IMG/VR virus record: IMGVR_UViG_3300045988_124798 | Location: 1-53,660 of that record | Strand: one strand, 5' to 3' | Length of the DNA: 53,660 nt | Origin: a virus | In this document: positions 34,672 through 41,460 of the stretch, one piece after another | Position numbering within the stretch: position 1 is the stretch's first letter | How the letters are laid out: each line of letters opens with the position of its first letter | The notes under the pieces: model-generated | What the model was told of the DNA's origin: nothing | The model's database searches: none | What the model saw: the letters and a program-made list of their open reading frames with translations, nothing else | Made by a program: the position numbers and the translations under genes

Positions 34672-35085
34672 TTATTTTTCGGATTTTCTTATAAACGAAA
34701 CCGCTTTCCTATAAGTTGCCAAAATCGAATCTTCTACTTCGGCATCTGTCACGTCACATTTTCTTGTTTTTTCTAAAGTTTCCGCAATAACCAACATCAA
34801 TGCCGCCAGAATGTCAGCCGTGCCTCCGCTCGTTTTAAAATTACAGTTCTTGTCAGTAACAACAATTTTAATTCTTGCTTTATGGTTATCATCATCTTTC
34901 CCCCTTCCGTAAAACTGATTTCCAATCAACAGCGAAACAACCACGCCGAAAACCAGATAAAAAATCATCCTGCTGTCTGGATTTTCCAAAACGAACACAG
35001 TGCCGCACAGGGCAAGCAGCGTTCCGAAAAACATGACCGCCCAACGAATCAAGCCCCTGCGGATGTAGAACAACGTCCGTTTCAT
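34672..35085 (-). CDS. Membrane protein (two N-terminal TM helices)
   Basis: 137 aa with hydrophobic segments WAVMFFGTLLALCGTVFVL and IFYLVFGVVVSLLIG. Confidence 0.45.
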   Translation of the reverse strand: MKRTLFYIRRGLIRWAVMFFGTLLALCGTVFVLENPDSRMIFYLVFGVVVSLLIGNQFYGRGKDDDNHKARIKIVVTDKNCNFKTSGGTADILAALMLVIAETLEKTRKCDVTDAEVEDSILATYRKAVSFIRKSEK

Positions 35086-35318
35086 GTTTTAACCACCTCT
35101 CCACTTTTTTCAAATAACTGATTGTATCTGAATGATTCTGTGTATCCGCCCTTAAAAATCGCAGTAAAAATATGTGGATAAAGACCTGTTACCGTTCCCG
35201 TTCTTCTTTTTCGCAGGACGTTCGCTCCATGCCTATCCTTGCCGAACTCAAGCACCTTAACCTTCTTGCCTACAAACAGTTTCTTTTGCGCTGTTTCTCT
35301 GATTTGTTCGATTTTCAT
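35082..35318 (-). CDS. Veg-like small protein (tentative)
   Basis: ATG at 35318 after AGGGGTG. ...RKRRTGTVTGLYPHIFTAIFKGGYTESFRYNQL parallels B. subtilis Veg (GRRKT.ERSGIL.ETYPSVF......ERVSYSYADI). Confidence 0.4.
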   Translation of the reverse strand: MKIEQIRETAQKKLFVGKKVKVLEFGKDRHGANVLRKRRTGTVTGLYPHIFTAIFKGGYTESFRYNQLFEKSGEVVKT

Positions 35319-35466
35319 GTTTTGCACCCCTACCTTTGCTACACTCCTGGCAATAATAGCCCTTTTGGGTATCCTGCGTTGCGGCAACGTTCCAAACCTT
35401 ACCACAGATATTGCAGGCTACTACTCTTTTATTTGTTGGCGTTCTACGCGGCAACCCGATTGACAT
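35257..35466 (-). CDS. Possible zinc-ribbon ORF
   Basis: CNICGK...CQEC. Overlaps the Veg-like start by 62 nt. Confidence 0.25.
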   Translation of the reverse strand: MSIGLPRRTPTNKRVVACNICGKVWNVAATQDTQKGYYCQECSKGRGAKHENRTNQRNSAKETVCRQEG

Positions 35467-35484
35467 TTCCTATCCCTGCCCTTC

Positions 35485-35580
35485 TTACTTCTTCTGGTTA
35501 AAAATGGCATACAGGAAAATCAGAATCATTTCCGATGCGATTGTCACGAAAACGCATGCTACAAATGGATTTACATACAT
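35485..35580 (-). CDS. Possible 31-aa hydrophobic micro-ORF
   Basis: MYVNPFVACVFVTIASEMILIFLYAIFNQKK. RBS GAGGTG lies 5 nt upstream. Confidence 0.3.
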   Translation of the reverse strand: MYVNPFVACVFVTIASEMILIFLYAIFNQKK

Positions 35581-35593
35581 CTTCAACACCTCG

Positions 35594-35743
35594 CTAACAG
35601 ACTGCATATTTCAGAATTGTGCAAATAAGCCATAAAACAGTCCAAAATCCCAATTCTTTGCTTTCGTTTTCAATGCAACTTAATATACACATTGCAAAAA
35701 GCGAATATTGCAATACAATTAAAATGATTTTTATTACAATCAT
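35594..35743 (-). CDS. Possible 49-aa membrane micro-ORF
   Basis: ATGA overlap with the upstream ORF. MIVIKIILIVLQYSLFAMCILSC...WTVLWLICTIL. Confidence 0.35.
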   Translation of the reverse strand: MIVIKIILIVLQYSLFAMCILSCIENESKELGFWTVLWLICTILKYAVC

Positions 35744-35880
35744 TCCTTTTCCTCCGCATCTTCTTTTTTCTGCTCCGCCATGCTCTCAACTTTTCCAAGG
35801 ATATAACCCTTGTCAAAATCGGACATCTGGGGAATTGCTTCTTTCAGCTTTTCTACTACCTGTTTTTCCTTTTCGCTCAT
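35740..35880 (-). CDS. 46-aa acidic small protein
   Basis: Strong RBS AAGGAGGTG. MSEKEKQVVEKLKEAIPQMSDFDKGYILGKVESMAEQKKEDAEEKE. Confidence 0.5.
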   Translation of the reverse strand: MSEKEKQVVEKLKEAIPQMSDFDKGYILGKVESMAEQKKEDAEEKE

Positions 35881-35894
35881 TTCCTGCACCTCCT

Positions 35895-36668
35895 TTAAAC
35901 TGTTTTATCCACGCTCAAGATTTTCTTTCTGATTGCATCCACACCCTTTTGATAAACAAGTGTTTTCGTTGTCACGCAAGGTTCACCCTGTCTGGTGTAT
36001 TTCTGCTCGATAACTCTAAACCATCCGCAATCAATATATCTTTGATATGGCACGTTCCACCTATCCAAAATCCCATTGTTACGCAGGAACTCAAAAAGAT
36101 TGTTTCGTCCATATCCCTTAATGCCAAGGACTTTTGATACCTCATTCATTGAGATTGCAGTTCGGCTATCGGCTACGGCATCGAAAAACTCTGCCTTTGG
36201 CTTCATTTGCTCAATCTGCTTGTCCTTTTGGGAAATGATATTCTGCGCTACGATTAAAGCATTTGCTACAATCTGCTCTGGCGTAAGGTTTTCTTGGTTG
36301 GCAATATAACCGCCATTCTTTCGGATAGAGGGAAGTACCTCTGACGTGACCCATTTGCGGAAGGATTTCAACTGTTCTTGTCTTTGTTGAACATACTCTT
36401 CCGTAACGCCGCGAGCCTTTTCTGGCTGCATCGCAAATAATGTTGTGTATAATCCCGCTTCGTTAACAACGGTCATAGACTGCATACCTCCAGGGGTGTC
36501 TATTTGTGACACACCCTTTTCATCATCATCCAACCGCCCAGAAACGCGCCTGTAGTTCGTTTCTCCGAAAACCGTACACACGTCTTTCAGCACCCACCAA
36601 GGTTCGCCGTCCTTCTGTATGGTTCTGACCTCGTTGCCGTTGTAGTTAAAAATCTGCAAATCGTTCAT
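35895..36668 (-). CDS. Antirepressor (Bro-N domain plus KilAC domain)
   Basis: N-terminus: LQIFNYNGNEVRTI.KDGEPWWVLKDVC..FG. C-terminus: FFDAVADSRTAISMNEVSKVLGIKGYGRNNLFEFLRNNGIL. Confidence 0.85.
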   Translation of the reverse strand: MNDLQIFNYNGNEVRTIQKDGEPWWVLKDVCTVFGETNYRRVSGRLDDDEKGVSQIDTPGGMQSMTVVNEAGLYTTLFAMQPEKARGVTEEYVQQRQEQLKSFRKWVTSEVLPSIRKNGGYIANQENLTPEQIVANALIVAQNIISQKDKQIEQMKPKAEFFDAVADSRTAISMNEVSKVLGIKGYGRNNLFEFLRNNGILDRWNVPYQRYIDCGWFRVIEQKYTRQGEPCVTTKTLVYQKGVDAIRKKILSVDKTV

Positions 36669-36685
36669 TGCACCATTCCTTTCTG

Positions 36686-36694
36686 TGTTATAAT
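36686..36694 (+). promoter_or_regulatory. Extended -10 element TGTTATAAT
   Basis: TGnTATAAT, 33 nt upstream of the ATG at 36727. Confidence 0.5.
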
Positions 36695-36696
36695 TT

Positions 36697-36714
36697 CCTT
36701 ATCAAATGATAAGG
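36697..36714. promoter_or_regulatory. 18-bp palindrome CCTTATCA-AA-TGATAAGG (operator candidate)
   Basis: Perfect 8-bp arms. Lies between the antirepressor start and the divergent plus-strand gene. Confidence 0.55.
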
Positions 36715-36726
36715 AGGTTTGTATTT

Positions 36727-36906
36727 ATGAAAAAATGTCCGTTGAACAATTTTTCATCGTGCCAAAATGATTGTGCTTGGTATCTTCCGAAATCACAGTG
36801 CTGCTCTGTCGCAAAATTGGCAAAACTAAACAGTTTTGACGCACTTTCGGAATTAAAAGCAATTCAGAGAAATCTTTCGAGCATCGAAGAACGAATCAAT
36901 CGTTGA
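36727..36906 (+). CDS. Small Cys-containing protein (59 aa)
   Basis: AAGGAGG RBS. MKKCPLNNFSSCQNDCAWYLPKSQCCSV.... Its 3' end overlaps the convergent ORF 36896-37060. Confidence 0.5.
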   Translation: MKKCPLNNFSSCQNDCAWYLPKSQCCSVAKLAKLNSFDALSELKAIQRNLSSIEERINR

Positions 36907-37060
36907 TTCTAATCAAAATCGTATTTGCGATTCTGTCGATTTCTCCTGCAATACGGATTTTTACATGAACATCCTGTGTCTTTTTGCCTTCCTCTTCCAG
37001 TTCTTTCATCTGCCGGAAGAGGATTTCTTTTACATCCGAATCAATTTTTCTTTCTTCCAT
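36896..37060 (-). CDS. Small acidic helical protein (54 aa)
   Basis: Strong RBS GGAAGGAGGTGA. MEERKIDSDVKEILFRQMKELEEEGKK.... Confidence 0.5.
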   Translation of the reverse strand: MEERKIDSDVKEILFRQMKELEEEGKKTQDVHVKIRIAGEIDRIANTILIRIND

Positions 37061-37084
37061 CGTTTCACCTCCTTCCCTGTTTTG

Positions 37085-37093
37085 TGGTATAAT
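37085..37093 (+). promoter_or_regulatory. Extended -10 element TGGTATAAT
   Basis: TGnTATAAT, 25 nt upstream of the ATG at 37118. Shares GTGGTATA with the element at 52108-52115. Confidence 0.5.
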
Positions 37094-37117
37094 CCCTTTA
37101 AAAAGGAGATTTTCAAA

Positions 37118-37477
37118 ATGTTTCATGATTACGATAGAATCAATAAAATAATGCAGAGCAACTTAGATGCCATGTCCCCAGATTATGAAGAAGGTAAAAG
37201 CCCTCTTGAAATGATGGAACACCAGACGGCTTTTCTTGAGAAAACATCTCATGAACTCCGCAATCTTGCTGATTCTGCAAAATCTCAAGCTGAATCTGCC
37301 AAAGCAGTCGCGGACAGTTCAAAAATTCAAGCTGATGCAGCCATCGAACAATCCAAATTAGCGAAGGAAACGGCGGAATCGTCCAGAAAATATTCCAACA
37401 TTTCTGTCATAACATCCATTGTTTCCATCACAATTAGTATCGCAGCCATCATATTACCCTTGATATTGAAATCATGA
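37118..37477 (+). CDS. C-terminally membrane-anchored coiled-coil protein
   Basis: 119 aa. A/S/K/E-rich helix (ADSAKSQAESAKAVADSSKIQADAAIEQSKLAKETAESS) followed by the TM ISVITSIVSITISIAAIILPLIL. Confidence 0.55.
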   Translation: MFHDYDRINKIMQSNLDAMSPDYEEGKSPLEMMEHQTAFLEKTSHELRNLADSAKSQAESAKAVADSSKIQADAAIEQSKLAKETAESSRKYSNISVITSIVSITISIAAIILPLILKS

Positions 37478-37532
37478 AGGCTACAATAGAAACCGCTAAT
37501 GCAACCAAAGAAAAGTAAAATACTTTTTTCAT
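37449..37532 (-). CDS. 27-aa hydrophobic peptide (Fst-like type I toxin candidate)
   Basis: MKKVFYFSLVALAVSIVAFMISISRVI. RBS AAGGAGGTGGTGGG. Downstream of a consensus promoter. Its 3' end overlaps the convergent gene by 29 nt. Confidence 0.4.
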   Translation of the reverse strand: MKKVFYFSLVALAVSIVAFMISISRVI

Positions 37533-37568
37533 CCCACCACCTCCTTATTTCGTTTACCTTGTAAACAT

Positions 37569-37597
37569 ATTATAGTCCCTAAGAAACCTAATGTCAA
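37569..37597 (-). promoter_or_regulatory. Consensus sigma-A promoter TTGACA-17-TATAAT (leftward, early)
   Basis: Read on the minus strand. The spacer is exactly 17 nt. Confidence 0.7.
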
Positions 37598-37606
37598 TAC
37601 TAAATG

Positions 37607-37635
37607 TTGACTTGGTAAATATTTTGTTGTATAAT
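37607..37635 (+). promoter_or_regulatory. Promoter TTGACT-17-TATAAT (rightward, repressor)
   Basis: Back-to-back with the leftward promoter. The two -35 hexamers are 9 nt apart. Confidence 0.7.
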
Positions 37636-37657
37636 GGATATGAAAGGAGGGATAGAA

Positions 37658-38023
37658 TTGAACGAAAGAATCAAAACATTAAGAAAAGAGTTGAAAATGA
37701 CTCAAGATGTATTCGCTTCTAAAATCGGCTTGTCAAGGAATTTCATTGCACAGATTGAAATTGGAACGAAAGTTCCGTCTGCCCGAACAATTTCGGACAT
37801 TTGCAGGGAATTTGATGTAAATGAAAGCTGGCTAAAAGATGGTACTGGAGAAATGTTCATCGAAAAAACAAAAAGCGAACAAATTTGGGAAATGCTTTCG
37901 GATGTAACGAAAGAGGATGAAGATTCTTTTAAGCATCGTCTTGTTGCAGCTCTTTCAAATCTTGATGAATCTGGATGGATTGTATTAGAAAATTTAATAA
38001 ACGACATTCAGAAAAAAGGGTAA
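37658..38023 (+). CDS. XRE-family (cI-like) repressor
   Basis: HTH ...LKMTQDVFASKIGLSRNFIAQIEIGTKVPSARTISDICREF. TTG start 6 nt after AAAGGAGGG. The ATG at 37640 is an alternative near-leaderless start. Confidence 0.75.
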   Translation: MNERIKTLRKELKMTQDVFASKIGLSRNFIAQIEIGTKVPSARTISDICREFDVNESWLKDGTGEMFIEKTKSEQIWEMLSDVTKEDEDSFKHRLVAALSNLDESGWIVLENLINDIQKKG

Positions 38024-38028
38024 AAGAA

Positions 38029-38061
38029 AATCGAGGGTAATGTACAAACCCTCGATTTTTA
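38029..38061 (+). terminator. Rho-independent terminator after the repressor gene
   Basis: aatcgagggt-(9 nt)-accctcgatt followed by ttt. Confidence 0.75.
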
Positions 38062-38074
38062 TGTAAAGAAATAA

Positions 38075-38206
38075 TTATAAAAAAAGGTTCTTAACCGCCG
38101 TGTATATCGCCTTCAAAAATTCCCTGTTATCGCAATTCTTTGTCATTTTAATGATTTCTTGTCTATAAAATTCGTTTGTTCTATGAATATTATCATTTCT
38201 TGTCAT
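38075..38206 (-). CDS. Possible 43-aa ORF
   Basis: MTRNDNIHRTNEFYRQEIIKMTKNCDNREFLKAIYTAVKNLFL. Weak RBS. Confidence 0.25.
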   Translation of the reverse strand: MTRNDNIHRTNEFYRQEIIKMTKNCDNREFLKAIYTAVKNLFL

Positions 38207-38278
38207 AATCTTAACGCCCTTTCTACTTTTTCGACATTTTTCTCTATGGACTTTTTTTTTTCAAGGTTTACAATAGAT

Positions 38279-38333
38279 ATTGGGCGGCGAGAACGCCAAT
38301 CCAAACGCCGCCCAATAACCAGAACTGCGGCGT
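38279..38333 (+). other. GC-rich hairpin with an alternative pairing partner
   Basis: attgggcggcg (38279-89) pairs with cgccgcccaat (38306-16). The same 3' arm region (acgccgc, 38305-11) can instead pair with gcggcgt (38327-33). Confidence 0.4.
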
Positions 38334-38444
38334 ACCTGTTTTTTAGGTACAAGCCAATTATACCAGAGGGGAGAAGGATTCCATTGCAGTTGACTACCAA
38401 ACATTCAGCAAAACTTTCCATTCAACTACAAAATAGAAAGGTGT

Positions 38445-38759
38445 GTGAATTATGGGGTAAACCCGGGGCAATGTATATCAAATCTCAAAACCGAGTTATG
38501 CCGCGCAATGCTTCTAAAGGGGTGGAGCATCGCGCAACTTTCCATCCAGTGCGATTTATCATACAAGGCTATGTATAACATCATCAATGAGGAAACGGAA
38601 GATATGCGGCTGTCCACATTCGTTAGAATCTGCGACAATGTCGGTATATCTCTGGTAAAGGTTCTGGAAATTTCCAATTCAGAAATCGTTTCTGACGAAA
38701 TCTCTAAGGCAATCGTAACTTGTGGCGGCAATCAATATCTATTGAAACAAATACTTTGA
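38445..38759 (+). CDS. Second XRE-family HTH protein
   Basis: ...LLKGWSIAQLSIQCDLSYKAMYNIINEETEDMRLSTFVRICDNVGISL. GTG start after GAAAGGTG. Confidence 0.6.
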   Translation: MNYGVNPGQCISNLKTELCRAMLLKGWSIAQLSIQCDLSYKAMYNIINEETEDMRLSTFVRICDNVGISLVKVLEISNSEIVSDEISKAIVTCGGNQYLLKQIL

Positions 38760-38765
38760 CTGAGG

Positions 38766-38800
38766 GGGGCTTTTCAAACAAGCCCCTTCTTCTTTTTACC
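38766..38800 (+). terminator. Hairpin plus T-rich tail between convergent genes
   Basis: ggggctt-(7 nt)-aagcccc followed by ttcttcttttt. Confidence 0.55.
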
Positions 38801-39467
38801 TGTAAGTCATCCGCTCGATGCGGTCAAGGATTTTGTCTGCATCCTGCTCTAACTCTGGGAAGTGTTTTACAATGTCAATCGGGTAATCTGGATACCTCCC
38901 GACCTCATTTTTGTAAATCTCCCTTGCTGCATTTAAATCGTACCTTTCGGAAAGTCCGTTCAGAATACAATGATAAAGATAGCTGTAGCTGTTTCCGCTG
39001 TATCTGCACAAGCGGTAAATCCTGCCCTTGTTCCGCTCGTACCAATCAGATACAATCGGTACTCTCGGCGTGAAATCCTCTGCAATCGGCTCTTTGTAGT
39101 ATGGCTCTTTCTGTACCTCTCTGACCTTGAAATAAGCGTTCACAAGCTGTCTCTGTACCTTCCAAGATAAATCATCGGTAAAGGACTTCGCTATAAGCAA
39201 ATATCCGCTTTCGGTTAATAGGGTTATGCCCCTTGTCGGAACATCAATATTCAAAAGTGACAAATTGTCCCCTTTGAGTAAATCCCTTGTCGCAATAACA
39301 AAATCCTCGTTTTCAATAAAGTGCTTCTTGTTTCTTGTAAAGTTTCTTTTTGCAGTTCCCGACTTGTTTCCATGGACTGCGTCAATGTCCTTAAAAGTTA
39401 CAACTCTTTCTCCGTTGTACTCTCTGATTTGCATTTCGGTGTTTTCGATTGTGATAACGTCATTCAT
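38796..39467 (-). CDS. ORF6N (KilA-N-related) DNA-binding domain protein, antirepressor-like
   Basis: MNDVITIENTEMQIREYNGERVVTFKDIDAVHGNKSGTAKRNFTRNKKHFIENEDF. ATG at 39467 lies 9 nt after AAGGAGG. Confidence 0.65.
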   Translation of the reverse strand: MNDVITIENTEMQIREYNGERVVTFKDIDAVHGNKSGTAKRNFTRNKKHFIENEDFVIATRDLLKGDNLSLLNIDVPTRGITLLTESGYLLIAKSFTDDLSWKVQRQLVNAYFKVREVQKEPYYKEPIAEDFTPRVPIVSDWYERNKGRIYRLCRYSGNSYSYLYHCILNGLSERYDLNAAREIYKNEVGRYPDYPIDIVKHFPELEQDADKILDRIERMTYR

Positions 39468-39579
39468 TTCAATAACCTCCTTCAATCTTAACTTGAAAGA
39501 GATTTCCCTTTATGTTAAAATATTCCATAGAGAGAAATCTCCGTTTTAGAGTAGTCAGATACCTCCAAGTAATCGTTGA

Positions 39580-39753
39580 CTACTCTTTTTCTTTTGCCAA
39601 AAGAAGAAGTATCCCCCTTCTGATTGCTTCGCCTTTGGTAACGCCGTATTTCTCACAGTATTCCTTCAACCTGTTTTCTGTTTCGGCATCAAGACGAATG
39701 CTAAATCTGTTAGACTTAGGATTTTCTGCTTTTGGTCTCCCAGCTGGTGACAT
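39580..39753 (-). CDS. Ribbon-helix-helix (CopG/Arc-like) regulator, copy 1
   Basis: MSPAGRPKAENPKSNRFSIRLDAETENRLKEYCEKYGVTKGEAIRRGILLLLAKEKE. RBS AAGGGGG. Below the ORF-track cutoff. Confidence 0.65.
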   Translation of the reverse strand: MSPAGRPKAENPKSNRFSIRLDAETENRLKEYCEKYGVTKGEAIRRGILLLLAKEKE

Positions 39754-39770
39754 CAAATCGCCCCCTTTCT

Positions 39771-39811
39771 TGTCACACCTTTATTATATTTATGTCACAC
39801 CTAAAAGTCAA
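39771..39811 (-). promoter_or_regulatory. Promoter TTGACT-17-TATAAT with two AGGTGTGACA operator repeats
   Basis: -35 at 39806-11 and -10 at 39783-88 (minus strand). TGTCACACCT at 39771-80 and 39793-802. Inverted TGTGACA at 39863-69. Confidence 0.6.
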
Positions 39812-40006
39812 TATTTTTTTTGATTTTTTGTGCGTCCGTTTTTTGGACGCACAAATTTCTAATGTGACAATTTGTCCCATTAGGATTTTCTTTAGTCAGA
39901 GAAAAATAATTTACTTGCTTCCGACGAATTTCGTCAGATATAATCTACTTCCCCGATAAAGTGTTTTTGTTCCTGCTAAAATTCCTTCTTGCAGTGCTGG
40001 CTTTGT

Positions 40007-40183
40007 TTATTTGTTTCTTTGTTCGTACTGAATTTCAATCCCTTGCCTAATTATTTTAGACCTATCAGAATTTTGTTCAGCAGCTAAATAATCTAATTTT
40101 TCTACCGTCTCCTTATCCATTCTAACTTGAATCAACTTGTTTTTTGGCTTATCCGTTATCTTTTGTCCCATCTTAGGCGACAT
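40007..40183 (-). CDS. Ribbon-helix-helix (CopG/Arc-like) regulator, copy 2
   Basis: MSPKMGQKITDKPKNKLIQVRMDKETVEKLDYLAAEQNSDRSKIIRQGIEIQYEQRNK. RBS AAGGTGGTGA. Confidence 0.6.
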   Translation of the reverse strand: MSPKMGQKITDKPKNKLIQVRMDKETVEKLDYLAAEQNSDRSKIIRQGIEIQYEQRNK

Positions 40184-40203
40184 TTTTTCTCACCACCTTC
40201 CAA

Positions 40204-40245
40204 TTTGTAATTACATTTTGATTTTAACTTTGTAATTACATTTTG
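40204..40245. promoter_or_regulatory. Two copies of TTTGTAATTACATTTTG (palindromic core TGTAATTACA), operator candidates
   Basis: Copies at 40204-40220 and 40229-40245, 25 bp apart, immediately upstream of RHH copy 2. Confidence 0.6.
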
Positions 40246-40282
40246 TCAAGTGTTTTTTGTTTTTTTGATAAAGAAAGAAAAT

Positions 40283-40312
40283 AAAAAAGGGATTTCTGAA
40301 AAGAAATCCCTT
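40283..40312 (-). terminator. Rho-independent terminator after the lipoprotein gene
   Basis: On the minus strand: agggatttc-ttttca-gaaatccct followed by tttttta tttt. Confidence 0.75.
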
Positions 40313-40321
40313 TAATATATC

Positions 40322-40984
40322 CTACTTGTAACTTTTAATTAACTCATTCAGTTGGCTTTCGTCTACAGAATAATGAAATTCATAATTTGAACCGTCATAT
40401 TCTCCCATCATGCTGTTTAATTTTTCTGCCACGGATGCGCCTACCGCGCTTCCTTTTTTCTCCCAATCATCGTTAGAGTTCCACGCTTCTTTTACGCTTT
40501 GCCGCTCATAAGTACTGAAAATTTTGTTCCATTCCTCCCCTGTTCCTTCGTAATATATCTGTATTTTGCTTTCTTCCTCTGGATGCAAATATCTTAGCGA
40601 AACATCATAGACGCACTTCATCGTATTAGGGAAGTATACCGCCTGTATGCCGCTGGAATTAAAAGTGGTGTTCGCTATTTCCTCAATTCCATTTTCAAAA
40701 ATAATAAATTTCACTTTAGAACTACCAACAATGCAGGAGAAATCGGACAAATCCGTTTTATATTCGCTCCCATCGGCTTCGTATTCGGAAAGGATATATA
40801 AAACCTCATTTTTCCCGTTGTATTTAGTTAATTTTACGCTATCATCTACAATCTCATAATCATAATCAGATAATGCAGCTTTAGCTTCAGATACTAATCT
40901 GGCTGTTTTTTCTTCCTCTGTTTCTGTGCTCCCACAGCCTGTAAATATCAAGCAAGCAAACAATAAGACAATAGTTTTTTTCAT
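40322..40984 (-). CDS. Lipoprotein (possible LRR_5/BspA-like repeat)
   Basis: MKKTIVLLFACLIFTGCGS signal with lipobox. Central FIIFENGIEEIANTTFNSSGIQAVYFPNTMKCV. Confidence 0.65.
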   Translation of the reverse strand: MKKTIVLLFACLIFTGCGSTETEEEKTARLVSEAKAALSDYDYEIVDDSVKLTKYNGKNEVLYILSEYEADGSEYKTDLSDFSCIVGSSKVKFIIFENGIEEIANTTFNSSGIQAVYFPNTMKCVYDVSLRYLHPEEESKIQIYYEGTGEEWNKIFSTYERQSVKEAWNSNDDWEKKGSAVGASVAEKLNSMMGEYDGSNYEFHYSVDESQLNELIKSYK

Positions 40985-41025
40985 TCTAAAATTCTCTCCT
41001 TCGCTATGTAAATATCCATTGTTTT

Positions 41026-41457
41026 TTATTCTTTTCTGTTTTCTTCTTCCGCTCTTTCTCTGCCCTCAACATATTTATTGCAGGAACTTATAAAACTTTT
41101 CATTGCCGGGGATATATAACTGCTGTCGGGGTCTACGCGGCAACAAAAATCATCACTGTTTGTATTATTGCTTTTTTCAATTCTCTTTTTGATTTCCGCC
41201 CTTTGTTCTTGCGTCAGTCTATTCTCCTTATTCTTTGAAACATTTTTTCTGTTCTCTTTTTTCTGTATGGCTTTTTTAATTATCAAATATAATCCATAGG
41301 TCATTGCAAGTGTAGTAACAAGACCGAGTATAGCAGGAAAAAATATACATAATGCAATCCCCGCTGAACAAATCAGTAGGACAACCAAACAACCCTTCAA
41401 ATGGTCGATAAATCTAACGCAAATGAACAATACTATGGCGGTTATAAACCAAGCCAT
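41026..41457 (-). CDS. Membrane protein (2-3 TM) with a charged C-terminal tail
   Basis: 143 aa, hydrophobic for the first ~60 aa, then K/R/E-rich. Confidence 0.5.
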   Translation of the reverse strand: MAWFITAIVLFICVRFIDHLKGCLVVLLICSAGIALCIFFPAILGLVTTLAMTYGLYLIIKKAIQKKENRKNVSKNKENRLTQEQRAEIKKRIEKSNNTNSDDFCCRVDPDSSYISPAMKSFISSCNKYVEGRERAEEENRKE

Positions 41458-41460
41458 TTC

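Noticed and set aside
38159-38578. 139-aa plus-strand ORF across the 38.2-38.4 kb leader and into the XRE gene
   Set aside because: It has no RBS. It crosses GC hairpins and a T10 run, and it is out of frame with the HTH-containing ORF that starts at 38445.
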